Below are positions 42,419 through 52,339 of a stretch of 64,000 nt of DNA, piece after piece. The position numbers and the translations under genes are program-made. The stretch is from Gemmatimonas sp. (lineage in GTDB: Bacteria > Gemmatimonadota > Gemmatimonadetes > Gemmatimonadales > Gemmatimonadaceae): positions 4,608,001-4,672,000 of the forward strand of contig OZ257156.1 in NCBI GenBank assembly GCA_965279375.1, read 5' to 3'. Every line of letters begins with the position of its first letter. Within the stretch, counting starts at the first letter, position 1. Below the pieces are notes generated by a model. It was not told the origin of the DNA. It worked only from the letters and a program-made list of their open reading frames with translations, and searched no databases.

Positions 42419-42849
42419 GCGGCAGTCCCGGGGGGCACGACGCCAGACTGCGGCTGGGCGGTGGTGGCGTTGGCGGACTGGGCGGCGGGCATCGTGCCCG
42501 TCGTGCCGGGCGCCGCAGCGGGAGGCGCGCCCACCTGGTCGGCGGCGGTCTTGGCTGCGTTCACGACGTCGGTCGCGACCGACATGGTCGACTGCGCCAC
42601 GCCATTCAGCACACCCATCGCTCGATTGAGCAGTCCCATCGTGTCGGAGATGGTGCCCACCGCGACCCCACCGGAGCGCAGCTTGTCCTCCACACCCTCG
42701 GCGAACTTGGTGAAGACGCTGACCGGCGTGAGGGGCTTTTCGGCGTACTTCTGCTCGAGGAACTCGACGTAATCGAGCACCTGGTACAGTCGCTCATCGT
42801 TGAGCGTATCGAGCTTGCGAGCGATGCGCTCGCGAACATACGGGTTCAT
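42415..42849 (-). CDS. Hypothetical protein with DUF2281-like N-terminal helix pair and Ala/Thr-rich tail
   Basis: KLDTLNDERLYQVLDYVEFLEQKY. GGAG RBS. 4-nt overlap with the next gene. Confidence 0.7.
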   Translation of the reverse strand: MNPYVRERIARKLDTLNDERLYQVLDYVEFLEQKYAEKPLTPVSVFTKFAEGVEDKLRSGGVAVGTISDTMGLLNRAMGVLNGVAQSTMSVATDVVNAAKTAADQVGAPPAAAPGTTGTMPAAQSANATTAQPQSGVVPPGTAA

Positions 42850-42937
42850 CAGGCTTCTCCCGCGTCACAGAGGGACGCGCATGCGGATGACGCACTGCCG
42901 GCGATGGCCCCCGTACGCGAGGCAGGAGCCGATCGAT

Positions 42938-43921
42938 TCAGCCGCGCCAGCGTTTCCGCTCGCCGCGCGCGTCGATGTGACAATATGGTGTCGCGAAGCG
43001 CCGGCTGGAGTACACGCCTAGGCCGCCGGCGAGTTCCGGATGCGTGCGCTCGACCCAGTCCACGGCCTGCTCGACACGATAGGCATCGAAGATGGTCAGC
43101 TTGCCGTCACCGTCCGCATCGATCGCCACGTCTGCCGCATCACCATAGAGGTGTCGCGAATCCCGTGCCGAACCTTCCACACCCGCGTTGTGCAGCGGTG
43201 TCCGGAAGCCGCTGTGCACTTCGAGATCGAAATCCATCTGCATCTCGCCGCGACGGCGTGACAGCTCGCGCAGGACCAGCTCGATCTTGTCGAGAACGCG
43301 CGGGTCGATGGCCACGTAGCGGGGCCAGATCGTCTGCGAATCGTGCGTGATGAAGTCGCGCACCTTGAGATGCCGAGTGAGCGGGAGGTCGAGTTGCGCT
43401 TCGCGAACCTCGGCGAAGCCTGCGGGACGCTCGCCCTGCTCGTTTCGCGACCACTCGGACGGATAGCGCCCGATCTGATATCCGTTGAGCGTGCTGCCCA
43501 GCTTGAGCTCGAAGGGCACCAAGACCGCGAGCCGAGGTGAGTGGATGCGCTGCTTGAGCCCCGCGCGGGTGACTTCGAGCTCGTAGAATCCGGCTTCGAG
43601 CGGGGCCAGGAGGGTATCGCCGTCGAGCGGGCGTGCTACGTCGCCGCTCTGATCGCTTTCGACGCGCACCCACTGATACGTGAACCCCGTTGGCGAGCCA
43701 TGCACCTGCAACGGGAACGCCACGCGTTCGCCGGCGCGCACGAAGTGCATCTGCACATCGCCACTGAGTCCGTACGATGCCGACGCTGCTTCAACCACCG
43801 GGACGCTGCGCTTGGCGCTTTCGGCAGAGGAACCGGCGAGCAGTTCGGTCGGCGGCTGATAGAGCTCGACCGCCGCGATGGCAGCGAGACCGCTCAGGAC
43901 GATAGCGACGCGGCGCTTCAC
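42938..43921 (-). CDS. Peptidase M15A-like (D-Ala-D-Ala carboxypeptidase family) Zn metallohydrolase, paralogue 2
   Basis: SGFRTP, SRHLYGDAAD, GGLGVY, HIDARG. GTG start overlaps the upstream stop. N-terminal hydrophobic anchor. Confidence 0.85.
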   Translation of the reverse strand: MKRRVAIVLSGLAAIAAVELYQPPTELLAGSSAESAKRSVPVVEAASASYGLSGDVQMHFVRAGERVAFPLQVHGSPTGFTYQWVRVESDQSGDVARPLDGDTLLAPLEAGFYELEVTRAGLKQRIHSPRLAVLVPFELKLGSTLNGYQIGRYPSEWSRNEQGERPAGFAEVREAQLDLPLTRHLKVRDFITHDSQTIWPRYVAIDPRVLDKIELVLRELSRRRGEMQMDFDLEVHSGFRTPLHNAGVEGSARDSRHLYGDAADVAIDADGDGKLTIFDAYRVEQAVDWVERTHPELAGGLGVYSSRRFATPYCHIDARGERKRWRG

Positions 43922-44976
43922 TACAGGGCTCCCCACCGCGCGCGCGTTCCGCGCACATCGATGTGCACGAATGGGCCGTGCGCCGACGTGGCGGGATACA
44001 CGCCAACTCCACCGACGAGCTCCGGGTGCGCGGCCTCGACCCGATTGGCCGCGTCAGCAAGGACGCGCGCATCACGTGTATCGATGCGGCCGTCGCGATT
44101 GAGATCGCCCATCCAGTCACGCGTGCCGTTCACCACGTAGACGTCCGCGGCATCGCCGTACTGATGGCGACTGTCCTGCACGCGTCCGCCGGCACCTACA
44201 CCTTGCGCGTTGTACTGCGGCGTCCGGAAGCCGGACATCACGTGCAGCTTGTTGACCGCCACGCCCATGCGCTGTAGCTCGTCGATGACGAGTTCGAGCT
44301 TGTCGACCAGCGGCTCGCGCAGCACGAGATACTTGGGCCATGTGGCGCCCTGGTCGTGCGTGAGGAAGTCCGCCAACCGGAAGTGATCGGAGACGGCGGT
44401 TGCGCTGTTGCTCGGCGTCACCTCGACGAATCCCTCGGGATTCGCGTAGGCGCTCGAACGCGCGGAACGCTGCTCGCTCGGGAAGAAGCCGATGCGATAG
44501 CTCCCAATCCGCCCGCTGATCTTGTCGGCGAACGGTCGCATCGTGATCAGGTGGAACGCTGAATCGCCTTCAGCGGCCGTATACACACCGGGCCGGCGAG
44601 CCGCGTCGTCACCGAAGAGCTGGGCGAGGAGCGGGATTGATGCGGCGCGCGATGGAGTCAGAAAGCGCGCCCGCAGCTTGCGGCTGCGTCCACGGAGCGA
44701 GTCGAGAAATGCGAGCGAGACGCGTCCGCCTTCCGTGGTGACGCCGACGCTGGTCCTCGGCGCGCGTACCGCCAAACGGGCATCCGCCGATGCCGGCAGC
44801 GCCAAGGCACACACGATCGCCGCCGCCGACGCCCCCAAGGCGCCTGCCAAACGGCGGCGCTTCCGGGAGCGTGAGCTGGTCATCGGACCGCGCGAGGCGG
44901 TGCCGAGCGAATCGTGCGTCGCAGGAGAAATCGGCGTGTCGGCGAAAGGGGCGGTATTGCGGTCCGGGTTCATCAC
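43921..44976 (-). CDS. Peptidase M15A-like Zn metallohydrolase, paralogue 1
   Basis: SGFRTPQYN, SRHQYGDAAD, GGVGVY, HIDVRG. Basic plus hydrophobic export signal. Confidence 0.85.
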   Translation of the reverse strand: MMNPDRNTAPFADTPISPATHDSLGTASRGPMTSSRSRKRRRLAGALGASAAAIVCALALPASADARLAVRAPRTSVGVTTEGGRVSLAFLDSLRGRSRKLRARFLTPSRAASIPLLAQLFGDDAARRPGVYTAAEGDSAFHLITMRPFADKISGRIGSYRIGFFPSEQRSARSSAYANPEGFVEVTPSNSATAVSDHFRLADFLTHDQGATWPKYLVLREPLVDKLELVIDELQRMGVAVNKLHVMSGFRTPQYNAQGVGAGGRVQDSRHQYGDAADVYVVNGTRDWMGDLNRDGRIDTRDARVLADAANRVEAAHPELVGGVGVYPATSAHGPFVHIDVRGTRARWGAL

Positions 44977-45053
44977 GATAGACGACTCAGACCGGACCGG
45001 GAAATATAGCCGCGCCGGGAGACCATCACGTAGACGGCCCGGACTCGCTCAGG

Positions 45054-45932
45054 CTAGTAGATGTAGACCGGCGTACCGATCTGCACACGGTCGTACAGCA
45101 CGCGGATGTCTTCGTTCCGCATGCGCACACATCCGTGACTGACCGCACGTCCGATCGAATTGGGCTCGTTCGTCCCGTGGAGCCCGTAGCCATCGCCCAG
45201 ATAGAGCCGGAAATCTCCCAGCACGCCTGGGTATTTGCGCTGGTTGGTCCCATAGGGCGGAATCACGACGCGTCCGTCGGCGATGATCTCCTTGCCCTCC
45301 GCCGCGGTGAGCGTTCGAACGGACCCATCTTTCGAGCGGCGCACGACATCGTTGCCCACGACCGTGATCTCGCCGCCGTCCTTGAGGCGGATGGGGGCGC
45401 CGCGCTCAAGCTGCACCACGCTCGAGCGGCGGCGATTGGCCTGCTCCTGATAGTGCCAGTCCGGCGGGACCCAAGCAGGTGCCGAGTCACGGCGCTGGAC
45501 GACCAACCGTCCGCGCGGCGTCTCGAAGTGCAGCACCTTGCTGCCGCCCTTGACCACGAGCGTCTTGCCGCTGCCAGTGGCTACGGGCGCGGTGAACAGG
45601 ACGCTGTCGCCCTGCTTGTACCAGACGCGGCGATCGGCGATGGAGACGACGAGGTAGGGACCGCCCGGGGCGGCCTCGGGGACGCTGGCTACCTGCGCCC
45701 GCAGACTGTCCACGCCCGCGTTCGCCTCGAGCTTGGCCTGCAGCAGCGCCTCGGTGTTGTCGTTGAACACCAGCCGCGCCACGTCGCGCCCGAATCGGAC
45801 GCGCACCGTCGAGTAGGTGAGCCAGGCGGTGACGGCCGTGGAGGCGAGGGTGAGTCCGAGCAGCGTTCGAAAAATCACGCGGCCACGGCGTACAGCGCTC
45901 GTGTGGGCGTCGGTTACGTGTGAGGAGGTCAA
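45054..45932 (-). CDS. L,D-transpeptidase (YkuD family)
   Basis: [34 protein letters not shown]-terminal TM helix. TTG start overlaps the upstream TGA. Confidence 0.9.
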   Translation of the reverse strand: MTSSHVTDAHTSAVRRGRVIFRTLLGLTLASTAVTAWLTYSTVRVRFGRDVARLVFNDNTEALLQAKLEANAGVDSLRAQVASVPEAAPGGPYLVVSIADRRVWYKQGDSVLFTAPVATGSGKTLVVKGGSKVLHFETPRGRLVVQRRDSAPAWVPPDWHYQEQANRRRSSVVQLERGAPIRLKDGGEITVVGNDVVRRSKDGSVRTLTAAEGKEIIADGRVVIPPYGTNQRKYPGVLGDFRLYLGDGYGLHGTNEPNSIGRAVSHGCVRMRNEDIRVLYDRVQIGTPVYIY

Positions 45933-46582
45933 AAGAAGTAGACCTTCATGCCGCGCGTGAGGTTGGCCTTGATGGCAGCGAGATCGGCGGCGGACGCGCG
46001 CACGGCGCCCGGCATCACGTAGCTGCTGTCGGCCAGCGGTCCTTCGGCGGGGAGCGCGTAGATGAGCGTGCCGCCGCTGGTGACGATGGCGTCCGGTCCC
46101 GTCCAGCCGGCGACCGCGCGCTCGGCGGGAACCGGCAGCCCGCGATCGACCCAAAGCCAGCTCGGGAGCGCGAACTTGTCGCTGTTACCGATCAGCTGCT
46201 CGACCGTACGCGTCCCCTCCGGCACGGACACTTGGAGGGTGTCCGGGGGGAGTCCGACTCGACGCCCGGCCCCGACCCGCACCGCGAAGCGACGCAGTTC
46301 GGCCGTCCCTCTTTCGAGGACGATCGTGCCGGAATCGGTGTTGACGGAGAGGTGCAAGGCGTCATCGCCGTCGGCCTGACGTCGCATGAGCTCGAGCATC
46401 AACCCCGACTGATCGGCTTCCGCGGCGAGGATCGCATCGTTTCGCTGCCGCTCGATGTCGGTCATCCCTTGGCGCAACCGCTCGGTTTCCGCGGTGTATC
46501 GCTGGCGACGTTGCAACAGCAGTCCGTCGGCAACCAGCGTGGTGACGAAGACGATCGAGAGCAGGATGGAGCGTCGTTGCAT
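45929..46582 (-). CDS. L,D-transpeptidase-like protein lacking the catalytic His and Cys
   Basis: Aligns by eye with the neighbouring LDT, but HGT becomes YAL and SHGC becomes MPGA. TM helix plus coiled coil at the N-terminus. Confidence 0.72.
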   Translation of the reverse strand: MQRRSILLSIVFVTTLVADGLLLQRRQRYTAETERLRQGMTDIERQRNDAILAAEADQSGLMLELMRRQADGDDALHLSVNTDSGTIVLERGTAELRRFAVRVGAGRRVGLPPDTLQVSVPEGTRTVEQLIGNSDKFALPSWLWVDRGLPVPAERAVAGWTGPDAIVTSGGTLIYALPAEGPLADSSYVMPGAVRASAADLAAIKANLTRGMKVYFF

Positions 46583-46667
46583 GCGCTGGGCGTTGGTGGC
46601 GTCCCTCTGGCGGGACTAGATTCCAAAAGTAGTTCCTGCACCTTCATCGGCCCACACCCGAGTACGG

Positions 46668-48227
46668 ATGTCAGCACGCACTGCGCGCCCCGTCGCCCTG
46701 ATCATTCTGGACGGCTGGGGTTATCGCGAAGACCCTACCGCCAACGCGATCCTGCTCGCCGATACGCCCAATTGGCATCGCATCTGGTCACACCCCTCAC
46801 GGACGCTGCTGACCGCTTCGGGACGCGCGGTCGGTCTGCCGGTGGGACAGATGGGCAACAGCGAAGTCGGGCACCTGAACCTGGGCGCCGGTCGCATCGT
46901 CATGCAGGATCTGGTCCGCATTACCGCGTCCATCGAGGACGGGTCCTTTTTCCAGAACCCTGCCCTGCTGACCGCGTGCCACACGGCGCGCGCGAACGAC
47001 TCGACGCTGCACCTCGTGGGGCTGCTGGGCGACGGAGGCGTGCACGCCTACGACGAGCATCTGCTCGCCCTCGTGGAGCTGGCAACCCGCGAACAGGTGT
47101 CGCGTATCGTCATTCATGCGCTGCTGGACGGACGTGACACGCCGCCGTCGTCGGGGATGGGGTTCCTGTCTGAACTGCTGACGAAGATCGAGGGGCGCGC
47201 GGAATTGGCATCGGTGTCAGGTCGCTACTTCGGCATGGACCGCGACAACCGCTGGGAGCGCACGGAAGCGTGGTATCGCGCGGCGGTGCTGGGCGACGGA
47301 CCGATCGTGAGCGATCCCAAGGCGGCGCTGCAACGCGCCTACGACGCGCACACCACCGATGAATTCGTGCAGCCGTTCGTGGTGGGCGATGCGACTGGCG
47401 CGCCGCGCGCGCCGATGCGCGATGGCGATGCGGTGATCTGCTTCAACTATCGCTCCGACCGCATGCGGCAGACGCTGCGCGCGCTGGCGATGCCCAACTT
47501 CACGGGCTTCGAAACGGGAACGCGCCCCAACGTGGCCATCACCACCATGACGCGCTACGAGGAAGACTTCCCCTTCCCGATCGCGTTCGCGGCGCAGTCG
47601 ATGCAGCACCTGGTGGGCGAAGTGATTTCCGATGCCGGGCTCACGCAGCTGCGCACGGCCGAGACCGAGAAGTATCCGCACGTCACGTTCTTCTTCAACG
47701 GCGGGCGTGACGCGCCATTCCCCGGAGAAGATCGCAAGATGGTGGCGAGCCCCAAGGTGGCCACCTACGACCTGCAGCCGGAGATGAGTGCAGCGGGCGT
47801 GTGCGATATCCTGTGCGAAGCGCTCGCCAACCGCACGCACGATTTCGTGTTGTGCAACTTCGCCAACTGCGACATGGTGGGGCACACGGGCTCCATTCCC
47901 GCCGCGATTTCCGCTGTGGAAACGGTGGACGCGTGCCTTGGCCGCATTCTCGAAGCGGCGCGCATCGGTGGCGCGCGGTTGATCATCACTGCGGACCACG
48001 GCAACGCCGACGTGATGGTAGACGAAACGACCGGGCAGCCGCATACGGCGCACACGACCAATCCGGTGCCGATTGTTGTGCTCGATCCCGATGGCGACGT
48101 GCCACTCCGCTCGGGCGGTGCGCTGTGCGATGTTGGCCCCACGGCATTGGCACTGCTCGGCCTCACGTTGCCTCCTGAAATGACCGGTCGCGATCTCCGC
48201 GATCTTTCGCATCCTCCGACGGCCTGA
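46668..48227 (+). CDS. gpmI: 2,3-bisphosphoglycerate-independent phosphoglycerate mutase
   Basis: ILDGWG, QMGNSEVGH, DGRD, AETEKYPHVT, DMVGH, TADHGN. Confidence 0.97.
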   Translation: MSARTARPVALIILDGWGYREDPTANAILLADTPNWHRIWSHPSRTLLTASGRAVGLPVGQMGNSEVGHLNLGAGRIVMQDLVRITASIEDGSFFQNPALLTACHTARANDSTLHLVGLLGDGGVHAYDEHLLALVELATREQVSRIVIHALLDGRDTPPSSGMGFLSELLTKIEGRAELASVSGRYFGMDRDNRWERTEAWYRAAVLGDGPIVSDPKAALQRAYDAHTTDEFVQPFVVGDATGAPRAPMRDGDAVICFNYRSDRMRQTLRALAMPNFTGFETGTRPNVAITTMTRYEEDFPFPIAFAAQSMQHLVGEVISDAGLTQLRTAETEKYPHVTFFFNGGRDAPFPGEDRKMVASPKVATYDLQPEMSAAGVCDILCEALANRTHDFVLCNFANCDMVGHTGSIPAAISAVETVDACLGRILEAARIGGARLIITADHGNADVMVDETTGQPHTAHTTNPVPIVVLDPDGDVPLRSGGALCDVGPTALALLGLTLPPEMTGRDLRDLSHPPTA

Positions 48228-48955
48228 TGACTTCTTCTTTTTCGCTGGCACTGCGTCGGGCCTTCGTGCCGACGTCCCTTTCCGCTGCCCTGCTGCTCGC
48301 GGTCGCACCCACGCGGGTGGAAGCGCAGGTCGGCCATCTGCCCGACAAGAGTCCCTACGAGGACGTGAAGCCCGGCCAGACCCTCACGCTGAGTGCGGGC
48401 CGTCTGGGCGTGAAGCGTGATCCGGCCAAGGTGGCGCCGGACGCCGGAATGCTCTTTGGCCTGCGATACGATCTGCCGATCGGCGGGCCGGCCGGATTCT
48501 TCGTGAGCTACGAGTTCGCGCCGTCTCAGCGACGCGTGCTGGACCCGGGCAAGCCCGCGGCCACGCGGTTGGTGGGCACGCCGAATGTGACGACGCACGT
48601 AGTGGACCTGGGGTTGGACGTGTCGCTGACCGGCCGCAAGACGTGGCATCGGCTGATGCCCTCGCTGACGGGCGGCCTGGGGCTGGTGAGCGATTTCGGC
48701 GGCCTCGACACCGGCGCCTACAAGTTCGGCACGAAGTTCACGTTCGCGTACGGCGCGGCGATCAAGTATCTGCTGCGCAACGGCTGGACCATTCGCGCCG
48801 ATGCGACCAATCACATCTGGCAGTATCAGTATCCCGACCGGTATTTCGTGAAGGCGTCGGACACAACGTCGGTGCTGACCGACACCAAGGCACGCTCGGC
48901 GTGGCGCGGCAACTGGGCGCTGTCTGGCGGCGTGTCGATCCCGATCTTCCGGTAA
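48227..48955 (+). CDS. Probable small outer-membrane beta-barrel protein
   Basis: Signal peptide (..VEA/Q), alternating strands, aromatic C-terminus GVSIPIFR. Confidence 0.65.
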   Translation: MTSSFSLALRRAFVPTSLSAALLLAVAPTRVEAQVGHLPDKSPYEDVKPGQTLTLSAGRLGVKRDPAKVAPDAGMLFGLRYDLPIGGPAGFFVSYEFAPSQRRVLDPGKPAATRLVGTPNVTTHVVDLGLDVSLTGRKTWHRLMPSLTGGLGLVSDFGGLDTGAYKFGTKFTFAYGAAIKYLLRNGWTIRADATNHIWQYQYPDRYFVKASDTTSVLTDTKARSAWRGNWALSGGVSIPIFR

Positions 48956-48962
48956 CGCAGGA

Positions 48963-49391
48963 ATGCCGCGCACTTCGCTCACGCGGCGCGTCACGTTTGC
49001 GTCAGCTCATCGCTATCGACGCCCGGACTGGAGTGATGCGGAGAACGAAGCGGTATTCGGGGCGTGTGCGCATCCCAATTTCCACGGACACAGCTACACG
49101 TGCGACGTGACGGTTGCAGGTCCGGTCGATGAAGAGACCGGATTCGTCGTGGACCTGGGCTTTCTCGACCGCATGCTGCAGCGTGAAGTGCGTGATCGGT
49201 TCGATCACCGCAACATCAACCTCGACGTGCCGGAGTTCGCTGACGGCAAGTTGATTCCGACGGGCGAGAATCTCGCGCGCTTCATCGCCGAACGCATGCA
49301 GGCAGCGCTGGCGCACACGAGTGCGGTGGTGGTCCGCGTCCACCTGGCCGAAGATGCCACGTTGAGCAGCACGTATGAGGTGGACGCATGA
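48963..49391 (+). CDS. 6-pyruvoyl-tetrahydropterin synthase / QueD superfamily protein (CX5HGH type)
   Basis: FASAHR, CAHPNFHGHSY, GFVVD, FDHRNIN, PTGEN. Confidence 0.88.
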   Translation: MPRTSLTRRVTFASAHRYRRPDWSDAENEAVFGACAHPNFHGHSYTCDVTVAGPVDEETGFVVDLGFLDRMLQREVRDRFDHRNINLDVPEFADGKLIPTGENLARFIAERMQAALAHTSAVVVRVHLAEDATLSSTYEVDA

Positions 49392-50980
49392 CAGTCGCAC
49401 GATACGTGGGTGCCGCCGTGCTGATGTGCGCAGCGAGCGCGTGTTCGACGGCGAAGGTTGCACCGATTGCGCCGCATCGACCGGAGCCGGTGCCCGCCGT
49501 GATGACGCCAGCCGCGATCGTGCCACCAACGCCGACATTGCGGAACGTGGTGCGCGGCATCGTGGATTCCGCGACCGCGGCGCCAATGTGGCGCAACGCA
49601 CGCTGGGGTATTCTGCTGGTCGATGCGGCGAGCGGCGACACGCTGGCCTCGCACGATGCCGATCGACTGTTCATGCCCGCGTCAAACGAGAAGCTGCTGA
49701 CCGCCGCGATCGCCGTGCAGCAGTTGGGGCTCGAGTATCGGTGGCGCACGCCGGTGTCCCTTCGTGGTACGCAGCGCGGACACACGTGGGTGGGCGATCT
49801 GCTGGTCGCGGGCAGCGGCGATCCGAGCGTGAGTGATGCCATGCGCGGTGATACGGCGGCGCGCGCGTTCGACCCCATCGTGGCGGCGTTGAAGGCACGC
49901 GGCATCACGCAGATCGTGGGCGAGGTGCGGTCGATGGGTGATGCGTTCACTGGCCCAACCTCGGGCTTCGGCTGGGCGATCGACGATCAGGACGCGGAGT
50001 ATGGCGCCGCGGTGGACGAGCTGATCTTTAACGAGGGACTGCTGCGCGTGCGCGTGTATGGTGGCGCCAAGGCTGGTGCCGCGGTGCGCGTGGTGCGCGC
50101 GCCCACGAGTGCGTATCCGCCGATCGTGATGCGGGCGGAAACGCGCGACAGCGTGGCTCGGCGCGATCGGGTGCGTGCCGAGTATGACTCGGTGGGTGGA
50201 GCGCTCGTGATCTCGGGAGCGATTGCGACGGGTGACAGCGCGCTGCTGGAGCTGTCGTACCGGCACCCGGCCGATGCGTATCTGGCCGCGTTGCGCGAGC
50301 GGCTGATGGGTGGTGGCATTCGACTGCGCCCCATGCCGCGTGCGCAGCGCCGAAGCTTCGCGCGCATGGTCGCTCGCGACTCCGCACGCGGCGCGAGTGC
50401 CGACACGTTGGTCGTGCTGGAATCGCCGACGCTTCGCGACGTGCTGCCGCGCATGCAGAAGCCGTCGCAGAATCAGATCGCCGAGTTGCTGTTTCGCACA
50501 ACCGGCAGAGTGGTGAGTGGCGACGGCTCGGCCGATAGTGCGCGGGCCGTTGGTGTGCGCACGCTGGCGACCTTCGGAATTGCGCCGACGGAGATTGCGT
50601 ATCGCGACGGCAGTGGATTATCGCGCCACGATTACGTGACGCCGCGCGCGGTGATCAAGGTGCTCGATGCGATGCGCCGTGCGCCCACGTTCGATGTGTA
50701 TCGCGACGCACTGCCGATTGCCGGCGTGGATGGCACGATTGCCAACCGCATGAAGGGCACGCCGGCGCAGGGGAATGCGCGCGCGAAGACGGGGACGCTG
50801 GATAAGACGCGCGCACTCTCGGGCTACGTGACCACGGCTGATGGGCGGCTGGTGATGTTCTCGATGCAGTGCAACAACTTCACGGTGCCCAACCGCGAAG
50901 TGGAACGTGTGCAGGATCTGTTGGTGACGACGGTAGCTGGCTTCCGTTCTGCGAGCGACAGCGGTCCCCGTGGCCGCTGA
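49388..50980 (+). CDS. dacB: D-Ala-D-Ala carboxypeptidase/endopeptidase PBP4 (peptidase S13), possible lipoprotein
   Basis: PASNEK (SxxK), SQN, DGSGLSR, KTGT. Confidence 0.92.
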   Translation: MTVARYVGAAVLMCAASACSTAKVAPIAPHRPEPVPAVMTPAAIVPPTPTLRNVVRGIVDSATAAPMWRNARWGILLVDAASGDTLASHDADRLFMPASNEKLLTAAIAVQQLGLEYRWRTPVSLRGTQRGHTWVGDLLVAGSGDPSVSDAMRGDTAARAFDPIVAALKARGITQIVGEVRSMGDAFTGPTSGFGWAIDDQDAEYGAAVDELIFNEGLLRVRVYGGAKAGAAVRVVRAPTSAYPPIVMRAETRDSVARRDRVRAEYDSVGGALVISGAIATGDSALLELSYRHPADAYLAALRERLMGGGIRLRPMPRAQRRSFARMVARDSARGASADTLVVLESPTLRDVLPRMQKPSQNQIAELLFRTTGRVVSGDGSADSARAVGVRTLATFGIAPTEIAYRDGSGLSRHDYVTPRAVIKVLDAMRRAPTFDVYRDALPIAGVDGTIANRMKGTPAQGNARAKTGTLDKTRALSGYVTTADGRLVMFSMQCNNFTVPNREVERVQDLLVTTVAGFRSASDSGPRGR

Positions 50981-52259
50981 ACCCGCGCGCAGCTACGAGG
51001 AGGCACTCGCGGCGATTCTCGAGGCTGCGCGCGCCGTAACGACCGCAGCAGAGTTCACGGAAACGGTCGCGTTGGGCGATGCACTGCATCGTGTGCTCGC
51101 AGCAGCGGTGCGAAGCCCGCTCGCGTTGCCGCCATGGGATAACGCCGGCATGGACGGGTACGCGGTGCAGCGTGCTGCGGTGGCGGGGGCAAGTCCAAGC
51201 GCGCCAATCACGCTGCGCGTGACTGGCTCGATCGCGGCGGGTGCGGATCCGGCCACGCTGCCAACGGTGACGCACGATAGCGCGGTGCGCATCATGACGG
51301 GCGCACCAGTGCCGCCGGGATGCGACGCGGTGGTGCGTATCGAGGACACGGATCGTGGCACGACCTCGGTGGTGATCACCAACGATCGTGATCTCGCTGG
51401 ACGCGGAAACGTTCGCCCTCGCGGTGAGGATATCGCTGCGGGCGCCGTCGTATTCGAGGCCGGCACTCGGCTCGGTGCCTCGCACCTTGGTACGCTGGCG
51501 AGCGTCGGCGCGCCGACGGTGTCGGTGTATCGCAGGCCGCGCGTGACGTTGCTCTCGAGTGGCGACGAGCTGGTATTGCTCGACCAGTTCGACGAGGCGC
51601 TGGCGGGCCGGAAGATCGTGTCGTCGTCCACCTACGCGCTGCCGGCGCTGCTGCGGCAGGCCGGCGCGGATGTGCGCGTGCTGCCGCTGTTGCCCGATGA
51701 CTTGCAGGTCGTGACCAACGCCATTCGCGAGGCCGTCGCCGAGGGCTGCGATCTGTTGATCACCACCGGCGGCGTGTCGGTCGGCGCACACGACTACACG
51801 CGCGATGCGTTGGCGGCACTCGGCGGGGCGTTGGGCTTCTGGCGCGCGCGCATACGCCCTGGCGGACCGATCGGTACCGGAACCGTGCTGGGCGTGCCGT
51901 GGCTCGGACTGCCGGGGAATCCGGTGTCCACGATGGTCACCGGCGCACTCTTTGCGTGGCCATTGGTGCGCGCGATGAGCGGAGATGTGGCGGTCCACCA
52001 TGTGCCGTTGATGGCGTACGTGCGCGATACGATGGAGACGCCGGCGCCGCTCACTTATTTCGTGCGCGTCACGCTCGCGGTTCGGGACGATGGCGAGCTC
52101 GAGGCGCGGACGGCGGGGCCGCAGGGCTCTAATTTGCTGCGCACGATGGCGCTGGCGAATGGCCTGCTGATGGTACCCGAAGCGATGCAGCGGGTGGAAC
52201 CGGGCACACGCCTGCCGGTGTTGATGCTGCCTGGAGTTGAACTGAGTGGTCTCCGATGA
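50970..52259 (+). CDS. moeA: Molybdopterin molybdotransferase
   Basis: MDGYAV, IMTGA, SGDEL, TTGGVSVG, LPGNPVS. Confidence 0.93.
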   Translation: MAAEPARSYEEALAAILEAARAVTTAAEFTETVALGDALHRVLAAAVRSPLALPPWDNAGMDGYAVQRAAVAGASPSAPITLRVTGSIAAGADPATLPTVTHDSAVRIMTGAPVPPGCDAVVRIEDTDRGTTSVVITNDRDLAGRGNVRPRGEDIAAGAVVFEAGTRLGASHLGTLASVGAPTVSVYRRPRVTLLSSGDELVLLDQFDEALAGRKIVSSSTYALPALLRQAGADVRVLPLLPDDLQVVTNAIREAVAEGCDLLITTGGVSVGAHDYTRDALAALGGALGFWRARIRPGGPIGTGTVLGVPWLGLPGNPVSTMVTGALFAWPLVRAMSGDVAVHHVPLMAYVRDTMETPAPLTYFVRVTLAVRDDGELEARTAGPQGSNLLRTMALANGLLMVPEAMQRVEPGTRLPVLMLPGVELSGLR

Positions 52260-52279
52260 GTGGCCGTGACACGGGCAGC

Positions 52280-52309
52280 TCATGATGATTCCCATCATGA
52301 TGATTCCCG
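52280..52309. repeat. Two 15-bp tandem copies between moeA and the methyltransferase
   Basis: TCATGATGATTCCCA TCATGATGATTCCCG. Confidence 0.8.
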
Positions 52310-52339
52310 TGATGAGTGCGCTACCTCCAACGAGCGACG

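Noticed and set aside
52257..52259. Selenocysteine recoding at the moeA TGA
   Set aside because: MoeA is complete before the stop, and no convincing SECIS hairpin follows.
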